The notes: generated from the letters alone by a model not told the origin. A stretch of 49,219 bases of DNA from Dehalococcoidia bacterium (GCA_046497565.1 JAWOFK010000051.1:1-49219); one strand, 5' to 3'. Positions 1-7,540 are shown, counted from the first letter of the stretch. Program-made: numbers and translations.

Positions 1-10
1 ATGCAGGTTC

Positions 11-87
11 AGGGGTGTAGCTCAGTTGGCTAGAGCAGCGGTCTCCAAAACCGCAGGTCGTGGGTTCGAGTCCTGCCACCCCTGCCA
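11..87 (+). tRNA. tRNA-Trp (anticodon CCA)
   Basis: Cloverleaf folded by eye: acceptor AGGGGTG/CACCCCT, anticodon stem GCGGT/ACCGC, loop CTCCAAA, T-loop TTCGAGT, encoded CCA; 77 nt. Confidence 0.9.
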
Positions 88-88
88 G

Positions 89-175
89 GCCGAGGTGGTG
101 GAACCGGTAGACACGCCATCTTGAGGGGGTGGTGGGCGCAAGCCCGTGGGAGTTCAAATCTCCCCCTCGGCACCA
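89..175 (+). tRNA. tRNA-Leu (anticodon GAG), long variable arm
   Basis: Acceptor GCCGAGG/CCTCGGC, anticodon stem CCATC/GGTGG with loop TTGAGGG, long variable arm, T-loop TTCAAAT, encoded CCA. Confidence 0.9.
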
Positions 176-221
176 AGTTAGATTTGCTGGAAGTAGAAAA
201 AGACGGTACAATTAATCCCGA

Positions 222-296
222 GCGGAAGTAGTTCAGCGGTAGAATACTTCCTTGCCAAGGAAGGGGTCGCGGGTTCGAATCCCGTCTTCCGCTCCA
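222..296 (+). tRNA. tRNA-Gly (anticodon GCC)
   Basis: Acceptor GCGGAAG/CTTCCGC, anticodon stem CTTCC/GGAAG with loop TTGCCAA, T-loop TTCGAAT, encoded CCA. Confidence 0.9.
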
Positions 297-313
297 GTAA
301 ACCCCGCAGGTGG

Positions 314-386
314 GGCGGTGTAGCCAAGAGGTTAAGGCGGGGGTCTGCAAAACCCCTATACGGCGGTTCGAATCCGCCCGCCGCCT
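314..386 (+). tRNA. tRNA-Cys (anticodon GCA)
   Basis: Acceptor GGCGGTG/CGCCGCC (one G-U pair), anticodon stem GGGGT/ACCCC with loop CTGCAAA, T-arm GGCGG-TTCGAAT-CCGCC; CCA not encoded. Confidence 0.85.
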
Positions 387-638
387 CTGTATTCTCGGTG
401 CGAAGTCATCCTTTCTCATGCCACCCAAATCCCCCTTACATTAAGGGGGAAACCCGAAACTCGAAGCACGAAATCCGAGATGCCGATGAAATCGGCAGGA
501 GTTACAACATAGTTCCCCTCTTAAGGCATGGCCCGATGAAATCGGGGTAAGAGGGGCCAGGGGAGTTATGAACATTATTGAGGTAACCCCCTTGAATCCC
601 CCTTACTCTAAGGGGGGGATTGGAAGAAACCCCCTTTT

Positions 639-755
639 GTCATTGCGAGGAGCCCCGATAGATCGGGGCGACGAAGCAATCTCGGTGGGGCCTTCACTGC
701 GAAGAGATTGCCCCGTCCCGATTGTCCCGATACAACCGGGAGGACTCGCAATGAC
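639..755. repeat. Gene-less MITE-like palindromic unit (GTCATTGCGAG ... CTCGCAATGAC)
   Basis: Left arm is identical to the arm upstream of the GIY-YIG gene (GTCATTGCGAGGAGCCCCGATAGATCGGGGCGACGAAGCAATCTC). A ~20-nt loop follows, then right arm GAGATTGC...CTCGCAATGAC. Confidence 0.75.
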
Positions 756-882
756 CAAAGGTATGTGTGACTGAGGCGGTGAACGACTACAGTTTGTGGA
801 CAGATTCAAGTACCGGGGTTATAATGGAGTTCACTCGTGTTGAGATGGGATAGGATTGAACGGCCAGTAAGGAAGGTAGAAG

Positions 883-1128
883 ATGAAGACTTATGTTTTT
901 AGAGTGGTGATTGAACCTGACGAAGGTCGCTGGTTTGCTTATTGCCCGGTCCTTGAAGAGAAGGGCGGAGCTACGTGGGGATATACCAGGGAGGAGGCCT
1001 TAAAGAATATAAGGGAGGTGGTTGAGATGACAGTCGAAGGCCTCATCGAGCGCGGCGAACTAATCCCTGAGGAACCACAAGCGGAGGTGAGAATTTCCTC
1101 CGAACCCCTGGTGGCTGTTACTCTATGA
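883..1128 (+). CDS. hicB: HicB-family antitoxin (UPF0150-like)
   Basis: 81 aa; RBS GGAAGGTAG upstream; N-terminal YVFRVVIEPDEGRWFAYCPVL...ATWGYTREEALKNIREV is the typical HicB/UPF0150 fold signature. Confidence 0.75.
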   Translation: MKTYVFRVVIEPDEGRWFAYCPVLEEKGGATWGYTREEALKNIREVVEMTVEGLIERGELIPEEPQAEVRISSEPLVAVTL

Positions 1129-1135
1129 GTGGAGG

Positions 1136-1255
1136 GTGACTGTTTCCTTTCACAGTCCGGGTGACACCTTCGCTCCAAAGGTCTTGAAGAGTATGATTGA
1201 AAACCAGGCTAAGTGGGCATACGAAGATCTTGAGAGACTGAGACTCATCGTTTAA
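1136..1255 (+). pseudogene. Truncated hicA-like toxin remnant (C-terminal part only)
   Basis: 39-codon frame VTVSFHSPGDTFAPKVLKSMIENQAKW... resembles the HicA C-terminus (vtiP.H.g.dl..gtl..Il.qag). The N-terminal RNA-binding half is missing. It sits directly after hicB. Confidence 0.4.
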
Positions 1256-1569
1256 TTTGCCCTCTTTGTTCTGTGGTTGCCCCGATTCATCAGGCCGTTC
1301 GGCTGTCAAATAAAGCCCAAAGCCCAAATGACAAAGGCGTTCACGTTTGGCATTGAGGCATTTGGGCTTGTCTCGGCTCTGTCGAGGTCCGATGACCCGC
1401 GACTCCTGTCGGAGATGCCCATAGAATCAGCAATTTGTAATTTGGATTTTGACATTTGGAATTCAGCGGGTGGGTTTGTACAATTCAGCAAAGCCAGCGG
1501 AAATGACCATTCGGGCGTAAATCAGAACGGTGGATTTAATGACGGAAAGTGATGTATCATTATTTGTAA

Positions 1570-1881
1570 GTGGAAATATCAGACCTGGTTGCAGCTATTC
1601 AAGCTGGGCGAATTCGTATTACTGACCATGCCGATGAGGAAGCTCAAGATGACAGGCTGAATTATGATGAAATATTATTTTCAGTGATTCAAGGGGAGGT
1701 TATTGAACACTACGCAAAAGATAGACCATTTCCCAGTTGCCTGGTTTACGGATGTACATTCGAAGGTGAGCCTATACATACTGTTTGGGCTTACAATGAA
1801 CAAACTAGGTGGGCTGTCTTGATTACAGTATATCGTCCCGACCCTGAGCGATGGCTTAACTGGCGGGAAAGGAGAATGTGA
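1570..1881 (+). CDS. DUF4258-domain toxin-like protein
   Basis: 103 aa, GTG start; motif IRITDHADEEAQDDRL is typical of DUF4258; a YgiT-type zinc-finger partner follows immediately. Confidence 0.7.
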   Translation: MEISDLVAAIQAGRIRITDHADEEAQDDRLNYDEILFSVIQGEVIEHYAKDRPFPSCLVYGCTFEGEPIHTVWAYNEQTRWAVLITVYRPDPERWLNWRERRM

Positions 1882-1882
1882 G

Positions 1883-2125
1883 ATGAGGCCTTTTGGTAAA
1901 TGTCCTACTTGTGGGGGAGAACTCGTAGAGAGAGAGGTTGAAAAACTCCTGCGTGGTGGCAGCCACGTAGCAGTAATGAAGGTAACAGCCGAGGTCTGCC
2001 TTGGTTGTGGAGAGCGCCTTTACTCGCAGGAGACAGTCAAGCGCTTCGAGGAGATTAGAAAAAAACTTGAGCGCGAGGAAGTCTCAGCTATGCAACCCCT
2101 GGGACGGAGCTTCCAGGTCAGTTGA
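1883..2125 (+). CDS. YgiT-type zinc-finger antitoxin-like protein (MqsA N-terminal type)
   Basis: 80 aa; CPTCGG...CLGCGE zinc ribbon; starts 2 nt after the DUF4258 stop codon. Confidence 0.7.
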   Translation: MRPFGKCPTCGGELVEREVEKLLRGGSHVAVMKVTAEVCLGCGERLYSQETVKRFEEIRKKLEREEVSAMQPLGRSFQVS

Positions 2126-2280
2126 ATTTTCTGGGGCAAGTCTAAAACGATAATGGCCTGATAAATCAGGCAACTACGAAGATGGCGGGCGGGTACGAGC
2201 CCCACCTCTACAGCGGACTGCTGATAGCTCCTACTTGGCATTCAGGATATAGAGATCAGGATTTAGGATTTCGCTTACGG

Positions 2281-2455
2281 GATTGCCGCGTCCCGACTTG
2301 TCGGGACTCGCAACGACAGAAGCATTGGGGGCAGAGCACTGGGGGCTACGCCCCCAGACCCCCGATTTCACGAGCATTGGGGGCAGAGCACTGGGGGCTA
2401 CGCCCCCAGACCCCCGGACAGGAGCACTGGGGGCTGCGCCCCCAGACCCCCGATT
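2281..2455 (+). repeat. Solo right-arm palindrome plus 52-bp tandem repeat (about 2.5 units)
   Basis: GATTGCCGCGTCCCGACTTGTCGGGACTCGCAACGAC followed by GCACTGGGGGCTACGCCCCCAGACCCCCGATTTCA... units. About 96 percent identical to 9988-10161. Confidence 0.85.
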
Positions 2456-2494
2456 GGAGAGGCATTTATAACCCCCTTGAATCCCCCCTTACAC

Positions 2495-2638
2495 TAAGGG
2501 GGAGAGCAAGAGGGAGATCCTGAAATGCCAAATTACAAAGCTCAAATGTCAAGTGAAGCTCAAAGTCCAAATGACAAAGAGAAGTAGTTTTGACATTGGG
2601 GCATTTGGGTTTTATTTGTAATTTGGATTTTGGCATTT
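2495..2638 (+). repeat. 144-bp hairpin element, family A, copy A1
   Basis: By my reading identical over 144 bp to 7185-7328; internal inverted arms GCCAAATTACAAA / TTTGTAATTTGG. Confidence 0.9.
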
Positions 2639-2664
2639 GGAATTTAGGTGTGGGGGGGCGGCGG

Positions 2665-2716
2665 GCTGATAGCTGACTGCTGATAGCTGACCGCTGACCG
2701 CTGATTGCTGATTGCT
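2665..2716 (+). repeat. Heptanucleotide tandem array (GCTGAYN)n
   Basis: GCTGATA GCTGACT GCTGATA GCTGACC GCTGACC GCTGATT GCTGATT. Confidence 0.9.
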
Positions 2717-2762
2717 CACTCCTTTTGACTTGCCGTTGGGTGCGGTTTACAATAAAGGGCAC

Positions 2763-2848
2763 GCCGAGGTGGCGGAATGGTAGACGCGGCGGACTTAAAA
2801 TCCGCTTCCTGCAAAGGAGTGTGGGTTCGAGTCCCTCCCTCGGCACCA
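2763..2848 (+). tRNA. tRNA-Leu (anticodon TAA), long variable arm
   Basis: Acceptor GCCGAGG/CCTCGGC, anticodon stem GCGGA/TCCGC with loop CTTAAAA, T-loop TTCGAGT, encoded CCA. Confidence 0.9.
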
Positions 2849-2925
2849 AATTGAGCCATTAGAGTCAACGGCGGATTTCACGTTGGGAAGGGCGGGGACA
2901 AGCCCCGCCCGTACGAGTCTAGCCT

Positions 2926-3033
2926 GTCATTGCGAGGCTAACGAAGTGCCGAAGCAATCCCGGCGGGGTCGCAACAGCAAAGAGATCGCCACGTCCCGAT
3001 TGTCCCGATACAATCGGGAGGACTGGCAATGAC
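2926..3033. repeat. Gene-less MITE-like palindromic unit
   Basis: GTCATTGCGAGGCTAACGAAGTGCCGAAGCAATCCC - loop - GAGATCGCCACGTCCCGATTGTCCCGATACAATCGGGAGGACTGGCAATGAC. Confidence 0.7.
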
Positions 3034-3086
3034 AGGAGGGGTGCATCGGGACTCGCGATGACAAAACGGGTGGACGGGGGCAGAGC

Positions 3087-3668
3087 ATGATCCTCTGGAC
3101 TATTCAAGACATGGCAGCCTGGGAACGGCTCCAGCGCGATGGCGTGCTCCGGGCTGATGGTAGGCGCGTTCCGAAATACTTCCGTCACGCCTACCGATGG
3201 ATGTCAGAACAGATGCGTCTCAGGTTACGCTCTCACCCTGCCCGCTTTCCGCTCTGGGGATGGTATCGCTGGGAGGGAACAGAGCGATGCAGGCCAGACC
3301 TGCGCGCTGGGGGACACCTGGCCAGGGGGGCAGCCGGCGTCCGCATTGAAATCAACCTCCCCGATGATATGGTTCTCCTGTCCGACTTCGAGGCCTGGCA
3401 TTGTGTCCTCAACCGGTGCCTTCTTTCTCTGAATGAACACGAATTTGACGGCTTCCATGCGGAGTTGGCGAGCGAAGGGGCTGGTAGGCGCTGGCCCCAT
3501 CCCGAGCCATTCCATTCGCAAGTGGTGTCCAGCTGGGAGCGCATTTTCGAACTGGAGGGCGGTGATGTAGAGTGGCGGGGTCCCATATCCGGACGCAGTG
3601 TTCAGGCGACCTTCTGGGAACTGGCTGTACATCAGATTCGCCGCGTGGACCGGTTTAAGGCAAGATGA
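3087..3668 (+). CDS. DUF3841-domain protein
   Basis: 193 aa; N-terminus MILWTIQDMAAWERLQRDGVL and overall length match my recollection of DUF3841; function unknown. Confidence 0.6.
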   Translation: MILWTIQDMAAWERLQRDGVLRADGRRVPKYFRHAYRWMSEQMRLRLRSHPARFPLWGWYRWEGTERCRPDLRAGGHLARGAAGVRIEINLPDDMVLLSDFEAWHCVLNRCLLSLNEHEFDGFHAELASEGAGRRWPHPEPFHSQVVSSWERIFELEGGDVEWRGPISGRSVQATFWELAVHQIRRVDRFKAR

Positions 3669-3854
3669 AGGTAAGGGTCGGGGCTAAGCAGTGTCCGGTC
3701 AAATCCGAAACTCGAAGCACGAAATCCGAGATGCCGATAGAATCGGCAGGAGTTATGAGAATCAACGAAATAACCCCCCTTGAATCCCCCTTACGTGAAA
3801 GCAGTCAGCTTTAAGCTTTCAGCTTCATATATATACCTGGTATGGGGGGGGTGG

Positions 3855-3947
3855 GCTGACCGCTGATTCCTGACCGCTGATAGCTGAAAGCTGAATGCTG
3901 ATTGCTGATGGCTGATGGCTAATCCCTGATTGCTGACCCCTGACCGC
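3855..3947 (+). repeat. Heptanucleotide tandem array (GCTGAYN)n, about 13 units
   Basis: GCTGACC GCTGATT CCTGACC GCTGATA GCTGAAA GCTGAAT GCTGATT GCTGATG GCTGATG ... Confidence 0.85.
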
Positions 3948-4025
3948 CTAAAGCTCTTTCCTGCATGTCTCAAAGCATCGAGATTCGTGGGAATGGTATA
4001 ATATGTATTCACACGGATGTGAAGA

Positions 4026-4229
4026 ATGACAAGGACAGTCTCGATATCCGAGGACAGCATCATAGCGATGCTGAAAGGATTGCCTGAAGATACCCTGATG
4101 AACATATTTTCAAAGATGCTGGTTGAAAGTGATACCTCTCCGCTCACAGATGAAGAAAACGCATCGTATAAGAAAGCTCTGAAAGAGCATGAGAAAGGGG
4201 AAACTATCGATTGGGAAGACTTGAGATAG
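4026..4229 (+). CDS. Small antitoxin-like protein, family not recognised
   Basis: 67 aa, acidic C-terminal half; followed in another frame by a RelE/ParE-like N-terminal fragment. Compositionally distinct from the flanking repeats. Confidence 0.5.
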   Translation: MTRTVSISEDSIIAMLKGLPEDTLMNIFSKMLVESDTSPLTDEENASYKKALKEHEKGETIDWEDLR

Positions 4230-4276
4230 AGTTTTCTGGACATGCTGAGCGACAACTGAAAGAAGCAGGGCGGTAA
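4211..4276 (+). pseudogene. Possible truncated relE/parE-type toxin remnant
   Basis: 21-codon frame LGRLEIEFSGHAERQLKEAGR* resembles the N-terminus of RelE/ParE toxins (y.iefs..A.kqLkkl). It overlaps the end of 4026-4229 as TA pairs do and stops where a repeat arm begins. Confidence 0.3.
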
Positions 4277-4327
4277 CAACCCCCGCCCCAGATTGCCGCG
4301 CTCCGCTCGCAATGACGCACCCTTGCT

Positions 4328-4419
4328 GTCATTGCGAGGCTAACGAAGTGCCGAAGCAATCCCGTGGTGGACTGGGCAGGATGGGCATCGCCGCGCACCT
4401 TTCAGGCGCTCGCAGTGAC
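4328..4419. repeat. Gene-less MITE-like palindromic unit (degenerate right arm)
   Basis: GTCATTGCGAGGCTAACGAAGTGCCGAAGCAATCCC ... ATCGCCGCGCACCTTTCAGGCGCTCGCAGTGAC; an extra solo right arm at 4291-4316. Confidence 0.65.
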
Positions 4420-4439
4420 TGGAAGTATAGGAGGAAATC

Positions 4440-4655
4440 ATGAGGATAAGCTATGACGAAAAGACGGATTCCCTCTATGTGAGGCTAAAAGAGACCCCTT
4501 ACTACGAAAGCGACGAGGTAAGGCAAGGCGTTCTGCTGGACTATGACGACAAGGGAAACGTAATCGCCATCGAGATTCTGGATGCTAGCGAATACCTGTC
4601 CGGTGATGAGCTTACTTCACTAACGTACAATGTGGAGAAAGCTGTCACCAGATAG
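4440..4655 (+). CDS. DUF2283-domain protein (antitoxin-like)
   Basis: 71 aa; RBS AGGAGG upstream; MRISYDEKTDSLYVRL...VLLDYDDKGNVIAIEIL is the characteristic DUF2283 pattern. Confidence 0.75.
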   Translation: MRISYDEKTDSLYVRLKETPYYESDEVRQGVLLDYDDKGNVIAIEILDASEYLSGDELTSLTYNVEKAVTR

Positions 4656-4957
4656 CCGAAGGAACAGGGGGAGACTAGAATCCCCGTCCAAAATAACCCC
4701 CTGTGTCCCCCGTACGTTAAAGCGGTCAGCGGTCGGCTGTCAGCGGTCAGCACATAACCCCCCTTGAATCCCCCCTTATGTTAAGGGGGAAAGAAGAAGG
4801 GAGCCCTTACACTAAGGGGGAGATGCAGGAGGGTACTTACGTGAAGGGGAAGATCTGAAGGGGCGCTTCCTGGAAGGAGGAGATTAGCAGTGTTAGGAGA
4901 TGTCGCTCCTTTGACAGACCTTGTCGGCTCGTACTAGAATGGAGACGGAGGACAGTC

Positions 4958-5200
4958 ATGCTAACTGAATACATCGACGCAGCCATGGGGAAGGCGAAAT
5001 ATGAGATCCTTTGTGATGACAACACTTTCTACGGATATATCCCTGGCTTTGACGGTGTCTATGCCAATGCTGAGGATTTGGAGGCATGCCGGCGTGAGCT
5101 AAAAGAGGTTCTGGAGGAGTGGATCATGCTTGGCATATCCCGTCATGTAGCGTTGCCTGCTGTTGATGGCATTGAACTGGTCGTAGAGGAAGCGGTCTAG
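4958..5200 (+). CDS. hicB: HicB-family antitoxin
   Basis: 80 aa; RBS GGAGGA upstream; ...FYGYIPGFDGVYANAEDLEACRRELKEVLEEWI; stop overlaps the hicA start. Confidence 0.75.
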   Translation: MLTEYIDAAMGKAKYEILCDDNTFYGYIPGFDGVYANAEDLEACRRELKEVLEEWIMLGISRHVALPAVDGIELVVEEAV

Positions 5201-5418
5201 TGCCCCGCCTCGGCTCCATAAAGAGAATCGATCTAATCAGGTATCTTCAAATCCTAGGCTTTCAAGGCCCCTATTCTGGAGGGAAACACCAATTCATGAT
5301 CAGGGGCGCGCTGCGTTTGCGCCTCCCTAATCCGCACAGGAGCGACGTCGGCAAGGAACTCCTTTCCAGGATTCTAAAACAGGCAGATATCGATAAGGAT
5401 ATCTGGGAGCGGCTGTAG
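5200..5418 (+). CDS. hicA: HicA-family mRNA interferase toxin
   Basis: 72 aa, GTG start overlapping the hicB stop; ...LGFQGPYSGGKHQFMIRG...RLPNPHRSDVGKELLSRILKQADI matches the HicA/YcfA pattern. Confidence 0.8.
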   Translation: MPRLGSIKRIDLIRYLQILGFQGPYSGGKHQFMIRGALRLRLPNPHRSDVGKELLSRILKQADIDKDIWERL

Positions 5419-5420
5419 AT

Positions 5421-5478
5421 CGCTGAAAGCTGATTGCTGAGCGCTGACAGCTATTTTCTCTGACTGCTGATCGCTGAT
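5421..5478 (+). repeat. Heptanucleotide tandem array (degenerate)
   Basis: GCTGAAA GCTGATT GCTGAGC GCTGACA GCT... CTGACT GCTGATC GCTGATT. Confidence 0.7.
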
Positions 5479-5602
5479 TTGTCATTTGGGTTTTGAAATT
5501 TGGCATTTCCCAGAGGAAATCCCCCAAAAGTACCAGGGGAGCGAGGGATTTTCGCTCTGGCAGCGACTAATACTATGACAAAAGTACTGGTCTAGGAGTT
5601 CT

Positions 5603-5956
5603 ATGAGGATAAGAGATAATTCTGGCGACGATGAAGAGCACAGCGAGGAGGTAATCCGGTCCTTGCCCATAATTGCCAGACAGGAAAGTGCCGGGGCGAC
5701 GCCTGTCCCGGGAGTGGGGGGTTGCCCGGTGGAGTTTACGCTGAGCAAAGGCCGGATTATTCTCCCTGACCAGTGGGACCTTTCCATGACAGACCACCCG
5801 GTAAGTGCCGGTTACGATGAACCGGAGGACGAAGCAGACTCGTCCGAGGCAGCTTCTGACCCCGAAGTCGAAAATGGTGCGCCGGCGGAGTCTGTGTGCG
5901 GCGAACGCCGGCCGGGTTCCAATTTGAGATTTCGAATTCATTTAGGCATGTCCTGA
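5603..5956 (+). CDS. Hypothetical acidic protein with C-terminal SNLRFRIHLGMS motif
   Basis: 117 aa; AGGAG 5 nt before the ATG. The C-terminal ~37 aa are conserved at protein level, with mostly synonymous or conservative codon changes, against the fragment at 6903-7034. Confidence 0.55.
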   Translation: MRIRDNSGDDEEHSEEVIRSLPIIARQESAGATPVPGVGGCPVEFTLSKGRIILPDQWDLSMTDHPVSAGYDEPEDEADSSEAASDPEVENGAPAESVCGERRPGSNLRFRIHLGMS

Positions 5957-5980
5957 GCCTGCGCAACGAATTCAGTCCCC

Positions 5981-6067
5981 GCTGATAGCTGATAGCTGAC
6001 TGCTGACTGCTGAAAGCTATTCGCTGACCGCTCAGTGCTGACTGCTGACCGCCGCCCGCTGATTGCT
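5981..6067 (+). repeat. Heptanucleotide tandem array (GCTGAYN)n, about 12 units
   Basis: GCTGATA GCTGATA GCTGACT GCTGACT GCTGAAA GCTATTC GCTGACC GCTCAGT GCTGACT GCTGACC ... Confidence 0.85.
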
Positions 6068-6159
6068 CTGGTAGCCGTGATCTGATACCATGGTTGAGAT
6101 GCCATACCGGCCGTGGTTACTGGTTGAATCGGAATAAGCACAAAGAGGTAGATAGAAAC

Positions 6160-6375
6160 ATGAAGGTGAAAGAGCTTACAGTCGAGCAGTTCAAAACCTT
6201 GATTCAGGAGGCCATTGAGGAAAAGCTAGAGGAGGTGCTTGGTGATCCTGATGAGGGCCTTGAGCTAAGGGAGGAGGTCAAGGAAAGGCTTCGTAGTTCT
6301 CTGGCTGCCAGGGAGGCTGGTGAAAGGGGCATACCCATGGATCAGGTAGCCAGAGAAGTCGGACTGGATTGGTGA
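6160..6375 (+). CDS. Antitoxin partner of the RelE/ParE toxin
   Basis: 71 aa from the ATG at 6160 (the track ORF starts earlier at 6094); helical acidic protein; its 3' end overlaps the toxin start by 7 nt. Confidence 0.65.
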   Translation: MKVKELTVEQFKTLIQEAIEEKLEEVLGDPDEGLELREEVKERLRSSLAAREAGERGIPMDQVAREVGLDW

Positions 6376-6638
6376 CAGAATACGGGATAGTGTTCATGCC
6401 CCGGGCTGCTGATGACCTGCGGCGCCTGGATAAACCCGTTGCCCAGCGGATCATATATAAGCTGAATTGGTTGTCACAGAATTTCAGCGAACTTGCGCCC
6501 AGGACACTGGCAGGCGAATTCAAGGGGTTCTATAGGCTCCGAGCGGGAAACTTTCGAGTTATTTACACTGCCCACCGAGAAGAGCATTTGCTCATGGTGC
6601 ATCTCATCGGTCACCGCAGGGATATTTACAGGCGCTAA
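6369..6638 (+). CDS. relE: RelE/ParE-family type II toxin
   Basis: 89 aa; ...AADDLRRLDKPVAQRIIYKL...FYRLRAGNFRVIYTAHREEHLLMVHLIGHRRDIY is the canonical RelE/StbE pattern. Confidence 0.8.
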   Translation: MVTEYGIVFMPRAADDLRRLDKPVAQRIIYKLNWLSQNFSELAPRTLAGEFKGFYRLRAGNFRVIYTAHREEHLLMVHLIGHRRDIYRR

Positions 6639-6649
6639 GGTTCGTTTTG

Positions 6650-6907
6650 GGCAAGGGCAGGAGCATTGGGGGCAGGGCACTGGGGGCTACGCCCCCAGAC
6701 CCCCGATTTCAGGGGCATTGGGGGCAGGGCACTGGGGGCTACGCCCCCAGACCCCCGATTTCACGGGCATTGGGGGCAGGGCACTGGGGGCTACGCCCCC
6801 AGACCCCCGATTTCACGGGCACTGGCGACAGGGCACTGGGGGCTACGCCCCCAGACCCCCGATTTCAGGGGCATTGGCGGCAGAGCACTGGGGGCTGCGC
6901 CCCCGGA
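6650..6907 (+). repeat. 52-bp tandem repeat, 5 units
   Basis: GCAC of successive units at 6677, 6729, 6781, 6833 and 6885 (period 52). Each unit carries the hairpin GGGGGC-TA-GCCCCC followed by AGACCCCCGATTTCA. Confidence 0.9.
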
Positions 6908-7034
6908 TACCCTGGCAGGAGACGAGGAGCCGGAAACGGAAGAAGAGGCGGGGGCAGACCCCGGCCCTGAAGTTGAGGATGATGTGGCGGCGGATTCCAA
7001 CCTCAAAATCAGAATCTATCTGGGCATGTCGTGA
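6903..7034 (+). pseudogene. C-terminal fragment paralogous to 5603-5956 (ends DSNLKIRIYLGMS)
   Basis: DEEPETEEEAGADPGPEVEDDVAADSNLKIRIYLGMS aligns with DEPEDEADSSEAASDPEVENGAPA...SNLRFRIHLGMS. The upstream part of the open frame is only the 52-bp repeat. Confidence 0.4.
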
Positions 7035-7184
7035 GTTTGTCCCAAGAGTCCGGTGCCCGCCAACTGCTGACTGCTGATCGCTGATTTGTAATTTGGATTT
7101 TGTCATTTGACATTGGCTTACGGGATTCATAACCCCTTGTGTCCCCCGTACTTTAAGGGGGAGATCTGAAGGTACGCCTTACTC

Positions 7185-7328
7185 TAAGGGGGAGAGCAAG
7201 AGGGAGATCCTGAAATGCCAAATTACAAAGCTCAAATGTCAAGTGAAGCTCAAAGTCCAAATGACAAAGAGAAGTAGTTTTGACATTGGGGCATTTGGGT
7301 TTTATTTGTAATTTGGATTTTGGCATTT
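7185..7328 (+). repeat. 144-bp hairpin element, family A, copy A2 (left inverted repeat of the pilin cassette)
   Basis: Identical to A1. Its reverse complement matches 8205-8348 with 2 mismatches in 144. Confidence 0.9.
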
Positions 7329-7374
7329 GTAATTTTCTATCGCCGGGTGTACTATCAAACAGTACTATTGTTCT

Positions 7375-7417
7375 ATTACCCATGGGTGATTGACGCTAAA
7401 ATGCGCTGTGTTATACT
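7375..7417 (+). promoter_or_regulatory. Putative sigma70-type promoter of the major pilin gene
   Basis: ATTAC-N10-TTGACG (7390-7395)-N16-TATACT (7412-7417). The same ATTAC-N10-TTGAC-N16-TATACT layout occurs upstream of pilO and the PilX-like gene at 15076. Confidence 0.6.
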
Positions 7418-7540
7418 GAAGATTATTGAAGCTAAATCCAGAAAAAGCAGAACAAGGAGGTGATAGCAGGCCATACGAGAAAATAGAGTACACGAGATAG
7501 ACCCGGAAGAGCACAAAAAATCAAAGAAAGGAGATAAAGA

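Noticed and set aside
3791-4312. 173-aa ORF on the - strand
   Set aside because: It runs through a heptamer array and repeat arms and is antisense to the better-supported 4026-4229 gene. It has no RBS or recognisable domain.
6493-7077. Long track ORFs across repeat arrays (6493-7077, 6647-6970, most of 6666-7034, 2182-2523, 2283-2471, 9941-10234, 9984-10178)
   Set aside because: They are open in several frames at once only because the GC-rich 52-bp unit lacks stop codons. A 52-bp period is not codon-compatible. Only the last ~44 codons of 6666-7034 show protein-level conservation.
7418-7540. Possible c-di-GMP or other riboswitch in the ~120-nt pilin leader
   Set aside because: I could not recognise any conserved riboswitch core sequence. 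The leader contains an internal AGGAGGTGA but no convincing sORF. The question is left open pending a covariance-model scan.
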